Counted from the first letter of the stretch, positions 10,516 to 21,267 are shown. The stretch: DNA of 64,000 bases from Acidobacteriota bacterium (GCA_963666055.2 CAXWPH010000015.1:512001-576000), one strand, 5' to 3'. Made by a program: numbers and translations. The notes: generated from the sequence alone by a model not told the origin.

Positions 10516-10736
10516 CGCCCCTCCCCTTTCCTCGGTCGGCGATCCCCACTCTCGAACCAGTCGCTAACCTCCGACAAGCGGTAACGTACGGTGCCGTTTC
10601 GCTTGTAGCACGGAATCCTACCGCGGCTCGCCCACACTTGGATCGTGCGAGGCGAGAGGCTCAGGAATTCCGCGACAGCCTCCGGGCCAACGAAGGGTTC
10701 CGGCGGGGAACTCGGAAGCCGGACGATTTCGCTCAT
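10503..10736 (-). CDS. Excisionase-like helix-turn-helix protein (MerR/Xis-type)
   Basis: 77 aa; VAEFLSLSPRTIQVWASRGRIPCYKRNGTVRYRLSEV; overlaps the integrase start. Confidence 0.85.
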   Translation of the reverse strand: MSEIVRLPSSPPEPFVGPEAVAEFLSLSPRTIQVWASRGRIPCYKRNGTVRYRLSEVSDWFESGDRRPRKGEGRWAS

Positions 10737-10859
10737 CGCATCGTGTCGGGGTGCAGGCTACCTGGAACATTCTCGGCCTGTGGGATGGTTGACCAACGTT
10801 GGTTGAGTTCGCTCATCCCCTAGAGACCATGGGCTGACCGGAGTCTCGAAGCCGAGCTG

Positions 10860-11447
10860 GTGTTGGATACAGAGGCTGAGGTGTGGCCAGAGTCGATCTC
10901 AGCGGACGGTGCGATGCTGCTGCTTGACAGCGGGGTCCCCCCGAATCGCGACGTGGGGATACTGGCTCTCGATACACAGGAGCCGAAAATCCTCGTCGCT
11001 ACCGCCGCCGATGAGGGTGACCCCAGTTTCTCGCCGGACGGTCGCTTCTTCGCCTTTCATTCGAACGAGACCGGGCGAAACGAGGTGTACGTGTGGGAGG
11101 TATCAAGCGGTCGGACATTTCCGGTCTCTACGAGTACCCGTGGTGGTTGGTTCCCTCGCTGGTCGCGGGATGGAAGGGAGATTTACTACCGCTCCCGGAA
11201 CAGCCCCGGCATCCTCGTTGCGGAAGTGGATTTGGAGTCGTTTTCCGCATCCGACCCTGTCGAACTCTCGGACATCGTCATGCGTGCCGAGACCAACTTC
11301 GATGTCACCGCCGATGGACAGAAGTTCCTGGTGACGGTGCCCGCTGGTAGTGATGAGACTGGGGGCACGGCATTCGGAACACGACTCAACGTGGTCCTCA
11401 ACTGGTTCGAGGAATTGAACCGGCTCGTGCCAACGGGCGGCTCCTGA
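10860..11447 (+). pseudogene. 3' fragment of a kinase-associated PD40/TolB-like beta-propeller gene
   Basis: PSFSPDGRFFAFHSNETGRNEVYV, PRWSRDGREIYY, FDVTADGQKFL; ends VVLNWFEELNRLVPTGGS*. No kinase domain upstream. Confidence 0.8.
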
Positions 11448-11640
11448 TGGTCGGCAAGACGCTCGGTCACTACGAGATCCTGTCCCCGCTCGGCGCAGGC
11501 GGGATGGGGCAGGTGTACCGAGCACGCGACACGACGCTGGATCGTGATGTCGCCATCAAGGTGCTGCCGGAAGACTTCGCCAGCGATGCTAACCGGCTGG
11601 CCCGCTTCGAGCGTGAAGCGAAGGTACTTGCTTCGCTGAC
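11447..11640 (+). pseudogene. 5' fragment of a Ser/Thr kinase gene (subdomains I-III only)
   Basis: MVGKTLGHYEILSPLGAGGMGQVYRARDTTLDRDVAIKVLP...RFEREAKVLASL, then unrelated sequence; TGATG-coupled to the preceding fragment. Confidence 0.88.
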
Positions 11641-11706
11641 CGGTGCGCCAGCCCGCGGATCTCCCATTGGACGCTCACCCGCCTTCGTTTGACCGATGGG
11701 ACTCTC

Positions 11707-12090
11707 TCAGAGATCGACTTTCTCCGACCATCGGGTGACATCGTCGTCGGTCAGCCCGAGATAATCGAGTGTCACCGACGGGTGCCGATGCCCGAGCTCG
11801 CGCTGCACAACGGCCAGCGGCGCGCCCTCGCGGTAAGCGTGGTATTCCCAACGTCTTCCTCAATGTGTGGGTAGACCATGTCCCGTCCGTCAGCCCCACA
11901 GCGGCGCAAGCGTCGCGGACGATGCGGTGAACTTGCTGGCGCGTCAGCGACTTTAGCTGCCCCTCCGCATCGTGCTCCCTCGACGGAAACAAGGGGGCTT
12001 CGAGGTCACGGCCAGCCGGATGCCCGCCGCGTCGCGGTCGCTCGCCGAGGTACAGGATCAGCGCCTCGCGACAGCCGCGCGGTGGCGAGC
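11707..12090 (-). pseudogene. C-terminal half of a second tyrosine recombinase (XerC/D-like), 5'-truncated
   Basis: PLFPSRE...LTRQQVHRIVRDAC...STHTLRKTLG; after a 1-nt shift near 11845, YHAYREGAPLAVVQRELGHRHPSVTLDYLG...VDL*. Confidence 0.8.
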
Positions 12091-12193
12091 ATGCGCGGAT
12101 CAGGGGGGAGTCCTGGATCGATGCCGGCACCCCTGGTACTGTCGCTGGCGAGCAGGGGGTGGGTCGATCTCGTCAAGACCGGGAGAGAGCGTC

Positions 12194-13348
12194 ATGTCCC
12201 GAACTGCCGCCTCGCGCCTGCTGTCGATCTTGCTGTTGTCGGGCCTGGTTCTGGTCGGCTCGGCTTCAGTCCACGGACCTTCCGTAGTCACGCCCAAGAA
12301 GGTCACGAGAATCGGCTACGTCGTCCACAGCGTCACCAAGACCGTGCAAGTCGTGGAGATTACCTGGAAGGGCAGGGCGGCCTCTCGCGCCGCGGCCAAC
12401 ATCAGCGCCAAGACGCTCGGTACCGTGACGGGCTTCAAGAACCCTGTGAGCGTCAGCGCCGCCCCGGATCTGGCGCTCGTCGTGGACGCCAAGCGCAAGC
12501 AGGTGGTTCGCATCGATCTTGCCGAGGTCAGGAAGGGCGGAGCACTGAACGTCCGGCGGCTGAGGGGCGAGACGCTCAAGACGGGCAAGGGCACCCGCTC
12601 CGTCGTCGTGAGCGGCGATGGGACGACCGGCCTGGTGCTGAAAGGAAAGCGCGACCTCCTGATGATCGACGTGCCGACGATGACGATCATTGGCAAGTTC
12701 AAGGTCGGCAAGGGCGCCGAGGTGGTCCGGGTTGATCAGCAAGGCACGGTGGCGATGACCGTCAACAAGAACAGCAGAAGCCTATCGCTGTTGGATATCG
12801 CCGCGGCGCGCGCATCGGTACGGAGCGGCTCGGCTGACGGCGTCGTGAACGTCCCTTTGCCGTGCGACCCAGGCGATGCCGGGGACGTTACGAGTTATGG
12901 TCCCTTCATCCACGCCGTCGGAAACTGCGTCTCCCAGACGGGCCGCTTGAACGAACAACTGTGGGACGGGTTCGGTATCGGGGTAGATCTCAAAATGCAT
13001 GATTTCCACGTCGACAATCTCCTCGGCCGAGTCAAGTCGGTCGCCACGTTGCGTGGTGAAAACTTTCCAGACGGCTTCATCGTCACGTCGTGCGGCGAGA
13101 GCTCGGAGTCGTGCGAGACAGACTTCGTCGACGTTTTCGGCTTCAACCAGGGGTTCATTGAGAATGGGTGTGTCACCGACGACCCTCAAGTTGTCGTCAG
13201 GTCCGACTCCCTCAGCATTTACGGGCTGCAGTGTTCCCAGGGCCCGACCGCCACCGCAGGCTGCGACGGTCCTGCTCTCGACATGATGATCTTCGCCGAC
13301 GGATTCGAGAGCGGCGACACGAGCGTCTGGTCGAGTAGCGATCCGTAG
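12194..13348 (+). CDS. Secreted YncE/beta-propeller-like protein with C-terminal IFADGFESGD motif
   Basis: ATG at 12194 after GGGAGAGAG; hydrophobic signal peptide; propeller-like repeats; Cys-rich distal part; ends MIFADGFESGDTSVWSSSDP. Confidence 0.7.
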   Translation: MSRTAASRLLSILLLSGLVLVGSASVHGPSVVTPKKVTRIGYVVHSVTKTVQVVEITWKGRAASRAAANISAKTLGTVTGFKNPVSVSAAPDLALVVDAKRKQVVRIDLAEVRKGGALNVRRLRGETLKTGKGTRSVVVSGDGTTGLVLKGKRDLLMIDVPTMTIIGKFKVGKGAEVVRVDQQGTVAMTVNKNSRSLSLLDIAAARASVRSGSADGVVNVPLPCDPGDAGDVTSYGPFIHAVGNCVSQTGRLNEQLWDGFGIGVDLKMHDFHVDNLLGRVKSVATLRGENFPDGFIVTSCGESSESCETDFVDVFGFNQGFIENGCVTDDPQVVVRSDSLSIYGLQCSQGPTATAGCDGPALDMMIFADGFESGDTSVWSSSDP

Positions 13349-13516
13349 CGTCGACGGTCGACGCTAGCGCCGGCAGGACTTCGGTCGGGTCCGTGGACTT
13401 CAGCAACGGCCGCACCGTGGTGGGCGCTGTAGCGGCGGCATTCCGGCGCTCTCCCATGGACCCTCATCCGTCCCAGCGATAGGCTTCTCGCGCTCACCCA
13501 CCCCTCTGGCAGCGCT

Positions 13517-13576
13517 ATGGAACCCGGCACCAAACTAGGCCCCTACGAGATCACCGAGCAGCTCGGTGCAGGCGGC
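13517..13576 (+). pseudogene. Very short 5' remnant of a Ser/Thr kinase gene
   Basis: Translates MEPGTKLGPYEITEQLGAGG, matching the kinase starts at 11447 and 16043. Confidence 0.75.
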
Positions 13577-13599
13577 AGGGCAAATGTTCGTCTCGTCCG

Positions 13600-16032
13600 G
13601 TGCTACTCGCGATCCTCCTAACGGCGGGTTGCACGGGGCTTGACCCCGGCCCGGCGCCGCTGACCGCAGAAGTTCCCCTACACCTTGAGGAACATCTCGA
13701 CGTGGCCACCATCGTGGGCTCCGAGGTCCCCGCAGACGCTCCGACCGCCATGGAATGGCGCTTCGACGAGCCCCAGGAGGACTGGAAGCCTCTAGTCCCG
13801 TGGAACCCGACGATAGATCCGGTCGAGGTCACGCAGCTCGACGACGCGCTGCGAGTCACACTGACGGACGGCACGAGGAATCCTCGCGGCAGGCCTAGGG
13901 GCGGCCTGGTTTTCGAGGTGCCCGATTGGAACTACGAGGATCTGGCGAACCTCGTGGTGCGTGCTCGCACCTCCGATGACGTCAAGAACTTCCGGATCTT
14001 CTTCAATAGACGCGAGGGGACCGGTACGGGTACAAGCGGCCCCAATCCATTTGAGCACGGAGGCGATGGGGCCCCTGTTGTAAGTGACGGTACGGTGCAG
14101 ACCTACCGGGCGCGGCTGGATTTTTTCGGGGGGAATCCGCCACCTGAGGAATCGATTCGGCAGATTGCCCTGTGGTTCAATCCCAGCGATCTGGCCAGCA
14201 TCGACATCCTTTCCATCACGCTAACCACGAAGGTGGCTAACTACGCCGACGCGGGCACGGCCTCGCGCACGGAAATCCGCAACCGGATCTATCGGCAGGC
14301 TCTGTATACGCACACGCCGGGGCGCGTGGAGTATCGGGTGAAGATCCCGGAAGGTGGTCGGCTCGACTTCGCCATAGGTGTCCTGCGGGAGGACGTGCCC
14401 GTGACCTTCCGGGTTACGGCGATCCTTGATGGTACTGAGGGTGGTGAACCGACCGCGCTGTTCGAGGAGCACTATGCGGACAAGGAGGCCTGGGGCCAGC
14501 GTTCGGTGGATCTGGCCGACTTTGCGGGCCAGACGGTGACGCTCGGCTTGGAGGCCGATTCCGAAGCCGAAGGGAGGGTCGCTTTGTGGGGAGCGCCGAC
14601 CGTGACGGGCGGCGGCCAGTCGGTTCTTCCCAACGTCGTCTTCTACGTCTTCGACGGCGGTGCGGCGGACTACATGAGCGTTTACGGCTACAACCGTCGC
14701 ACGACCCCGACCCTGGAGCGGCTGGCCCAGGAGGGCGTCGTGTTCGAGCGAGCCTACAGCAATTCCTCCTTTACCCTGCCCTCGACGGCCTCGTTCATGA
14801 CTTCCCTACATACGAGTGTGACGGGGGGCTTGCCTGGCCCATACATCAACCCTGTGCCTGCCGAAGCCGTGACCATGGCCGAGCACCTGCACCGGGCCGG
14901 CTACCAGACCGCGGTGTTCACGGGGAACCCCAATGCCGGGACTTTGAGCGATCTCCAGCGCGGCGTCGATCTGTTCCGGGAGGACTGGGAGGACTTCTCC
15001 TACTTCGGTGGGAATAATCACAAGGAGTCCTCGAAGTACCTCCACGAGGGATTCTGGAGCTGGCGGGAGGACTATCCCAGGCAGCCGTTCTGGGCGCACT
15101 TCCAGACTACTGACACGCACGAGGACTTTCCGGCTCCGCCACCCTTTGGCGGGCTCTTTGTCACAGCGGATGAGTGGGAGAGCGTGAACGAGTCGTTTGA
15201 GCGCCTGATGGAGTCTGGCGGGCCTGGTCCCTATTCTCCCGCCTGGGATTCTACGGGGATCAGCCGGACGGCGGTCTACTCGGTGGCTAAGGGCCTGTAC
15301 GACGAAGCGATGGCTCACAACGACTATCGGCTCGGGCAACTCATCGACCGGCTGAAGGCTGAAGGGGAGTGGGAGAATACGCTGTTGATCATCGGGGGCG
15401 ATCACAGCATCCGGGCGGCCCTCAACGACCTGGGCCTCATCCTCAACGACTCGCTGCCTCCCCGATGGAGCCAGCCGATGTTCCGGCCCACGATCTCCAG
15501 GGTGCCCCTCATGTTCGTCTGGCCGGGTCACATCGAGGGGGGACAGCGAATAGCCCCTCCGGTATCGATGATCGACGTGCTCCCCACCCTGCTCGACCTT
15601 GTGGGGCTCCCCCCTGCCGAGATCGCACAGGGGCAGTCGCTGGCTCCTCTGATGTTGGGTCGAGAGGGATGGGAGCCACGACCGGTGATTCTCGACGAGT
15701 TCGATCTCGATTTCACGACGGGGGAGCTATCGGGCTGGATCGAGGTGGTGGACGGCCGCTGGGGTGCTTCGCTGGAGATCAACCCTTATTCAAGCCAGCC
15801 GCCCGAAGAACCCCGTCCCGTCCCGCTGCTGCTCTACGACCTCTGGAACGATCCGATGGCGCTGTGGAGCGTGCACGAGGAACGGCCCGACCTCGTCCAG
15901 AAGTACACCGCCTTCTTGGAAGAGCAGTTCGAGGCCCACCTGGCCCTGTCGCAGTACTTCACGCCATCGGGCGAGGTCGAGCTGACCCCGGAGCAGCTAC
16001 GTTCACTTCGGGCGCTTGGCTACATCCAGTGA
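13600..16032 (+). CDS. Sulfatase-like hydrolase (alkaline phosphatase superfamily), probable lipoprotein
   Basis: LTAGC lipobox; PNVVFYVFD...YGYNRRTTPTLERLAQEGVVF, TLPSTAS, GDH, RVPLMF, IDVLPTLLDL; ends LRALGYIQ. Start position uncertain. Confidence 0.85.
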   Translation: MLLAILLTAGCTGLDPGPAPLTAEVPLHLEEHLDVATIVGSEVPADAPTAMEWRFDEPQEDWKPLVPWNPTIDPVEVTQLDDALRVTLTDGTRNPRGRPRGGLVFEVPDWNYEDLANLVVRARTSDDVKNFRIFFNRREGTGTGTSGPNPFEHGGDGAPVVSDGTVQTYRARLDFFGGNPPPEESIRQIALWFNPSDLASIDILSITLTTKVANYADAGTASRTEIRNRIYRQALYTHTPGRVEYRVKIPEGGRLDFAIGVLREDVPVTFRVTAILDGTEGGEPTALFEEHYADKEAWGQRSVDLADFAGQTVTLGLEADSEAEGRVALWGAPTVTGGGQSVLPNVVFYVFDGGAADYMSVYGYNRRTTPTLERLAQEGVVFERAYSNSSFTLPSTASFMTSLHTSVTGGLPGPYINPVPAEAVTMAEHLHRAGYQTAVFTGNPNAGTLSDLQRGVDLFREDWEDFSYFGGNNHKESSKYLHEGFWSWREDYPRQPFWAHFQTTDTHEDFPAPPPFGGLFVTADEWESVNESFERLMESGGPGPYSPAWDSTGISRTAVYSVAKGLYDEAMAHNDYRLGQLIDRLKAEGEWENTLLIIGGDHSIRAALNDLGLILNDSLPPRWSQPMFRPTISRVPLMFVWPGHIEGGQRIAPPVSMIDVLPTLLDLVGLPPAEIAQGQSLAPLMLGREGWEPRPVILDEFDLDFTTGELSGWIEVVDGRWGASLEINPYSSQPPEEPRPVPLLLYDLWNDPMALWSVHEERPDLVQKYTAFLEEQFEAHLALSQYFTPSGEVELTPEQLRSLRALGYIQ

Positions 16033-16042
16033 GTTCAAGAGG

Positions 16043-17299
16043 ATGATCGGCAACAAACTCGGCCCCTACGAGATCACCGCCCCGCTTGGTGAAGGCGGGA
16101 TGGGACAGGTGTACCGAGCCCACGACACGACGCTGGATCGTGATGTCGCCATCAAGGTGCTGCCGGAGGACTTCTCCGACGATGCCAACCGGCTGGCTCG
16201 ATTCGAGCGTGAAGCCAAGCTGCTTGCCTCGCTGAACCACCCCAACATCGCCACCATCTTTGGCTTTGAGGAATCTGACGGTGTGCGTTTCATCGCCATG
16301 GAACTGGTGGAGGGTCAGAGTCTCGCCGAGCGCATTGAAGCCTCCGGTCGCATTGAGGTTGATGAAGCGCTAGAGATCGCTCGTCGGATCGCGTTGGCGT
16401 TGGAGGCCGCTCACGAAGCCGGCGTCATCCATCGCGACTTGAAGCCGGCCAACGTGCAGGTCGCCCCCGATGGCACGGTCAAGGTGCTCGATTTCGGGCT
16501 GGCTAAAGCCTACGAGGCGGAAGGCAGCGATCCATCGTCCGACCTGAGCCACTCGCCCACGATGATGGCCGCCACGGGCACCGGCGTGATCATGGGTACG
16601 GCTCCCTACATGAGCCCCGAGCAGGCGCGAGGCAAGCCGGTCGACAAGCGAAGCGACATCTGGTCGTTCGGCTGTGTGCTGTACGAGATGCTGGCCGGCA
16701 AGCGAGCCTTCGACGGCGAGACCGTCAGCGACACGATGGCGGCGATTATCAGGGCGGAGCCGGACTGGGGCGCTGTGCCAGAAGCCACCCCGGCCATCGT
16801 TCGACACGTGATGCGCCGCTGCTTGGAGAAAGACCCGCAGCGCCGTTTACGCGATGTCGGCGATGCTCGGATCGAGCTCGAAGACACTCAAGCTCAGCCG
16901 CCGGGAGACCTGGTTCCTCAGGCCGCGACGAAGGGACGGCAAATCCCTGCGGTCGTACCCTGGGCTTTGGCCATCCTACTGGCAGTAGCGACTCTAGTCC
17001 TGCTCGTGTGGCAACAGCGTCTGACGGAGCCAAACGTACCCGTTCGCCGCTTTGCGATCGAGCTCCCCTGGCACGCGGTACCCAATTGGATCGATTTCAT
17101 CACCGCACTCTCGCCGCAAGGAACCCATATCGCCTACAACGGTCGCGTCCACAACCAGGTCGACGTTTACGTCCGAGCGCTGGATAGCCTCGAAGCCCAA
17201 CCGCTGGCCGACGCGCGCGGACCGGCGCGCTCAAGTATCAGCTCGTCCTCGTTCACGCTCGGGAGCAGCGTCAGAACCTGCCCCGACCTGCTGCGATAG
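16043..17299 (+). pseudogene. Ser/Thr kinase with intact catalytic domain and TM helix, truncated in the beta-propeller region
   Basis: HRDLKPAN, DFG, GTAPYMSPEQ, DIWSFG; TM segment; first propeller blade (LSPQGTHIAY); similarity ends near 17220 where it meets the ankyrin gene. Confidence 0.85.
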
Positions 17300-17919
17300 A
17301 TGCCCATCAACAGCTTGAGCCGCGCCGGTGATCTCGGCGAGTCGAGAGGTCCTGGCGCTTTCGCGCCCGCCTTGATCAGGACGTCGGCCAACTCGTTCTG
17401 CTGTGCGCGCCTCGCCGCGTCCAGTGCCAGATTCAAATATGACGGGTCGACCCCACCCCGGCCGACGATCGTCTTCACCGCGTCGGTATGGCGAGCGCGA
17501 ATCAGCGCCACCAGGGACTCCCCCTCCGTTCCCGCGCCCTTTGCCACGAGCAGCTTCACGACTTCAGCCGCGGCTTGCTTTGCCTTCGGGTCGCTGCCGG
17601 GCCGGCTGGCGAGCCACAACGGCGTCCTGCCGAACTCCAGATCTTTCGCGTTCGGGTTGGCGCCTCGCTCGAGGAGCAGCCTCACCATCTCGACGTTGTA
17701 CCGATCGGCCGCCGTGCAGAGCGCTGTTAGGCCGTGGTCGTTCTCGGCATTGACGTCCACGCCACTGGCCAGTAGCGCCGCGACGGTTTCGATGTCTCCC
17801 TTCCCCGCCGCGGCGTGGAGCTCCGCTTGGCCGACGCGCGACTGCGTGTCGGGGCGAGCGATGAGCAGCGCAACGAGTACCGTCTCGATCAACCAGCGCC
17901 GGCGAGACACGTTCCTCAT
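17167..17919 (-). CDS. Ankyrin-repeat protein, probably 3'-truncated
   Basis: LHAAAGKGDIETVAALLASGVDVNA, GLTALCTAA, GRTPLWLA; its C-terminus reads into the antisense strand of the kinase. Confidence 0.8.
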   Translation of the reverse strand: MRNVSRRRWLIETVLVALLIARPDTQSRVGQAELHAAAGKGDIETVAALLASGVDVNAENDHGLTALCTAADRYNVEMVRLLLERGANPNAKDLEFGRTPLWLASRPGSDPKAKQAAAEVVKLLVAKGAGTEGESLVALIRARHTDAVKTIVGRGGVDPSYLNLALDAARRAQQNELADVLIKAGAKAPGPLDSPRSPARLKLLMGIYRSRSGQVLTLLPSVNEDELILERAGPRASASGWASRLSSART

Positions 17920-17930
17920 ATCGAGTCTTG

Positions 17931-18438
17931 TTATGGCTGCCTGTCGTACACTCTGACTTGCTCTTCCGTTCGGCCCTGGCGATCCGTAATCTTCGCGCGA
18001 TAGGTGAAGTTCTTGCCGTCGGCCGACACGCTCAAGGACCCGTTGAAATAGATCTGCCCGTCCCGTTTGCCCGTGAGCTCGATGATCTCACCGGCTTGCT
18101 TCAGCGAAATCGAGCCGATGGTTTCCCCTCCCGTCGCTCTCGAGAACTCCGGCGAGAACTCGCCATCCAATAAGGCGGCCCAGTGACTGAAGGTGTGGTT
18201 TTCCCTGTGCGGTCACCCTCTGGATCGTGCTGAGGATCATTCCCTGGTTCGAGTAATCGAACGTCCGTATCTCGCTCTTCGGCGACCGACCGGGATCGTA
18301 TCTGGACTTCTCGACGTTCAGGATCCAGGTACCGATGAGCGGATTCGGGGCCTGCGCTGAAAACTCGAGACCACCAACCGCAGCGGCCAGGAAAGCGATC
18401 AGCAAGATGAAGCTGTAGCTGCGAGAACGGCAATGCAT
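17931..18438 (-). CDS. Secreted lipocalin-like hypothetical protein, split by a single-base frameshift near 18200
   Basis: GGAGG RBS; signal peptide; NPLIGTWILNVEKSRY; continues in a second frame to ...SVSADGKNFTY...VRVYDRQP. Removing one A from GGAAAAC restores the frame. Confidence 0.7.
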
Positions 18439-18559
18439 AGAGTCCTCCCCGTATGTTCTCGGGACCCCGACGCGCGTCGGGCGATAACTATACACCTGCT
18501 CCGCATCGCCGGATTTCTTCGTCGCATTGTCCTTTCAGCTCCCAATCCCCGTCTGGGCG

Positions 18560-18669
18560 CGGACGGCCGACTACTGGCCCTCGTTCGCCAACCGCGAGGT
18601 GATCTACAGGTAAACGTCACTCTCAACTGGGGAGAGGAGCTGAAGCGGCTCGTGCCCACGGACCCGTAG
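18560..18669 (+). repeat. Kinase-tail repeat copy B
   Basis: DGRLLALVRQPRGDLQVNVTLNWGEELKRLVPTDP*; core ctcaactgg...gagctgaagcggctcgtgcccacggacccgtag at 18622-18669. Confidence 0.85.
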
Positions 18670-19450
18670 CGTCCCGGCTGGTACTCGGTCGCTCCACGAT
18701 GTCGGGCTCGAGGCGGAGATCTCAGGTTTTCGGGCCGGGCGGGAACTCAGCATTTCTCAACATGCGCGCCCCCTGCTAGGTGTGCGCTTTGAACGGTTGC
18801 CGGGTACGCCACAGAAGCGCCGCTAGTAGCCTCTGCACTCACCGTGTACGGTCACCAGGGCACAATAGCCCATCCGCTCAGCCGCCTTTCTGCGGCGTCT
18901 CAGGGCTTCGGTGTATCGCCCGAAAATGTCTACATTTGTCAACAGGCGGTGCCGATCGGGATGTCATCATTTGTCATCATTCCGGAGCCGGTAGGCTGTT
19001 CGCTGCCGAGCGCCCCGAATACCAAACAGTTGCCAACAGGCGTCCACGGCGTGGGTAGATCTCGGCGCGTAATCGCGTATTGCCACTCGCTACTGAAAGC
19101 CCCTTTTTGTAGGTGTCAAATTTGACGAATTAGATGAGCCTCGCGCGCGCGTAGGCTTGTGAACAATCGTGAACATCGCCTTACGGTTTCGCCTCCTTTC
19201 TTAGGCGACGCTGCCTTCGCCAACCCCGAGGTCTATTCGTTCCTCGAATGACAGGCGATAGCCATCGTTTGCGCGGCGAATCCCTTGAGAGGGCTGTGAA
19301 TCTGTGCTCAAATCCTGGCGTCGTGGCGTTGTCCAACGCGAGGAGCGTGGCTGGGCAAGGCTATCTGGGAAATCTCGGGTCAAGTCGTTCAGCGCGCATG
19401 ACGGCGGCGCTGTGGAAAGCATGAATGTAGCCCATCAAACGGGAGGAGAG

Positions 19451-20788
19451 ATGGACAAACACGCGATCAATCGACGGGCCTTTCTTGCAACCTCGGCAGC
19501 GACCACAGCAGGCATGCTCACCTCTGGCACGGTGATCGCGGGTCCGAGCGGTGGGTTCACCCCCCACAAGGTGGCGCCCGGGGCCGCCATCGGTGCCCAT
19601 CCGCCACCACCGTTCTCGAAGGCAGAGTACCAGGAGCGGTTGCGCCGAGTTCGACAGCGGATGGCGCAGGACAACATCGACATGCTGTTCGTCACCATGC
19701 CCGAGGACATGTGTTATCTGCACGGTCTGGAGCTCAATTGGTTCCAACAGAACGGGCCCAAAGCCTGGGGCATGAACTCGATCACGGCGGTCCACGTCGA
19801 CCACGACACGCTCATCCACTTCGACAACCATGATGACCTGATGGCGGCGACCTCCGTGGCCAAGGACATTCGACGGGCCCGGCGCGGAGGCGAGAAGCCA
19901 TACGAAGGTCACGCCATGGAGCTGGAGGCTGCCGGCTGGCTCAACGGCACCGTCGGCCTGCAGTACTACAGCTATCGCCCCAACCCGGCGCGCATGAAGC
20001 AGGTCGAGGCGGTGTTCAGCGATCGTGGTTGCGAGCTCATCGATGCCTCGGACGTCATGGCCGAGGTCAAGCTGCACAAGTCGCCAGCGGAAATCGAGGT
20101 GATGGTTGAGGCGGGCCGCATCTGCGACATCGGCCTGCAGGCGATCGCTGAGAACCTACGGCCGGGTGTGACGGAGCTCGAGGTCTACGGTGAGATGGTG
20201 CGCGCGATGACGCGGGCCGGCGGTGGGGTCTCGGGTCTGTTCAGCTCGATCAAGGTAGGGAGCGGTTCCTTCATCCACGGCATCGCGTCAACCCGGGTGA
20301 TCCAGCAGGGCGATCACGTCATTTGCGACATCTGCGGCGTCAAGAACCGCTACCACAGCAACACGTCGCGTGGATTCTTCGTCGGCGAGCCCCCGAAGGA
20401 GCTCGCAGATCTTTACGAGATGAACGGCCGGGCGATGCACGTTGTGCGCGATACCGCCAGGGCCGGCCTGCCGCTGAACGAACTCACCCGGACGTTGCGG
20501 GAGTTCTACAAGGAGACCGGTGCCTGGCAGCTGCAAGAACAGGGCAAGATCGGTGGCTGGACGGGCGGGTATGAGCTCGGGATCAGCTTCCCGCCGGACT
20601 GGGTTGGCTGGTGGGTGTTCAACGTCACCGACGAGGATAATTCGGACTGGATTCTCCAAGAGCGCCAGGTGAGCAACTATGAGAGCTTCGCAACTCGGAG
20701 CACGGCGCTGATCGACACCTTCATCTTCGAGAAGAACCGGTGCCACCGGCTCTCGATGATGGCGCCGGAGCTCATCGTCGTCGCCTGA
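19451..20788 (+). CDS. M24 family (creatinase/ectoine-hydrolase-like) peptidase with Tat signal
   Basis: GGAGGAG RBS; INRRAFL Tat motif; PFSKAEYQERLRRVR, KSPAEIEVM, GYELGISFPPDW. Confidence 0.85.
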   Translation: MDKHAINRRAFLATSAATTAGMLTSGTVIAGPSGGFTPHKVAPGAAIGAHPPPPFSKAEYQERLRRVRQRMAQDNIDMLFVTMPEDMCYLHGLELNWFQQNGPKAWGMNSITAVHVDHDTLIHFDNHDDLMAATSVAKDIRRARRGGEKPYEGHAMELEAAGWLNGTVGLQYYSYRPNPARMKQVEAVFSDRGCELIDASDVMAEVKLHKSPAEIEVMVEAGRICDIGLQAIAENLRPGVTELEVYGEMVRAMTRAGGGVSGLFSSIKVGSGSFIHGIASTRVIQQGDHVICDICGVKNRYHSNTSRGFFVGEPPKELADLYEMNGRAMHVVRDTARAGLPLNELTRTLREFYKETGAWQLQEQGKIGGWTGGYELGISFPPDWVGWWVFNVTDEDNSDWILQERQVSNYESFATRSTALIDTFIFEKNRCHRLSMMAPELIVVA

Positions 20789-21267
20789 CGCGAGACCACC
20801 GGCGAAAAGGGCGAGGGAGGTCTTACAAGCGGCCGTAGGCTCGTCCCGGCTCATGTCAATTTGAAAACGGGGACAAGCGAATGCCGCAACGAATCTCTCG
20901 TCGACTCTCTACCTGCCTCGTAGCCGCTCTGCTCGCGGGCGTGCCGCCGCTGCAGGCGCAGATCCCGGAGCCCGATCAGGCGGGCGTCGGAATGGACCAT
21001 CTGCACCTAGGTGTGCCCTGCAGTGTGCTCCATGGGGTCTGCGCCTTCCATGGGGTCGCCATTCGCCGCGGCGACCCTCGCGCGCGAGTGAGGTAGGGTC
21101 CTACTTCGGTCTCCTCGTTGGTGTCTGGCGGCGTCAGCAACCTGAGGTTTATGAGGTTCTGATGGCCCCCGGCAATGTCAGGTTTTGGTGCCGCACCGGC
21201 TCTTCGGGGTGAAGGTTGGATGCCTCAGCCTTTCGGAGCCGGAAACTGTCCCCACCCACCGTCGGTT

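Noticed and set aside
14640-14820. Sulfatase lacking the C/SxPxR motif as a novelty
   Set aside because: TxPS-type variants are common among sulfatase-like proteins.
18700-19440. ncRNA or riboswitch in the long intergenic region
   Set aside because: Only a 12-bp palindrome (gtcaaatttgac, 19115-19126) was seen; no family I can recognise without a covariance search.
21130-21260. IS end remnant (tgtcaggttttggtg)
   Set aside because: No partner repeat or transposase fragment found; too weak to call.
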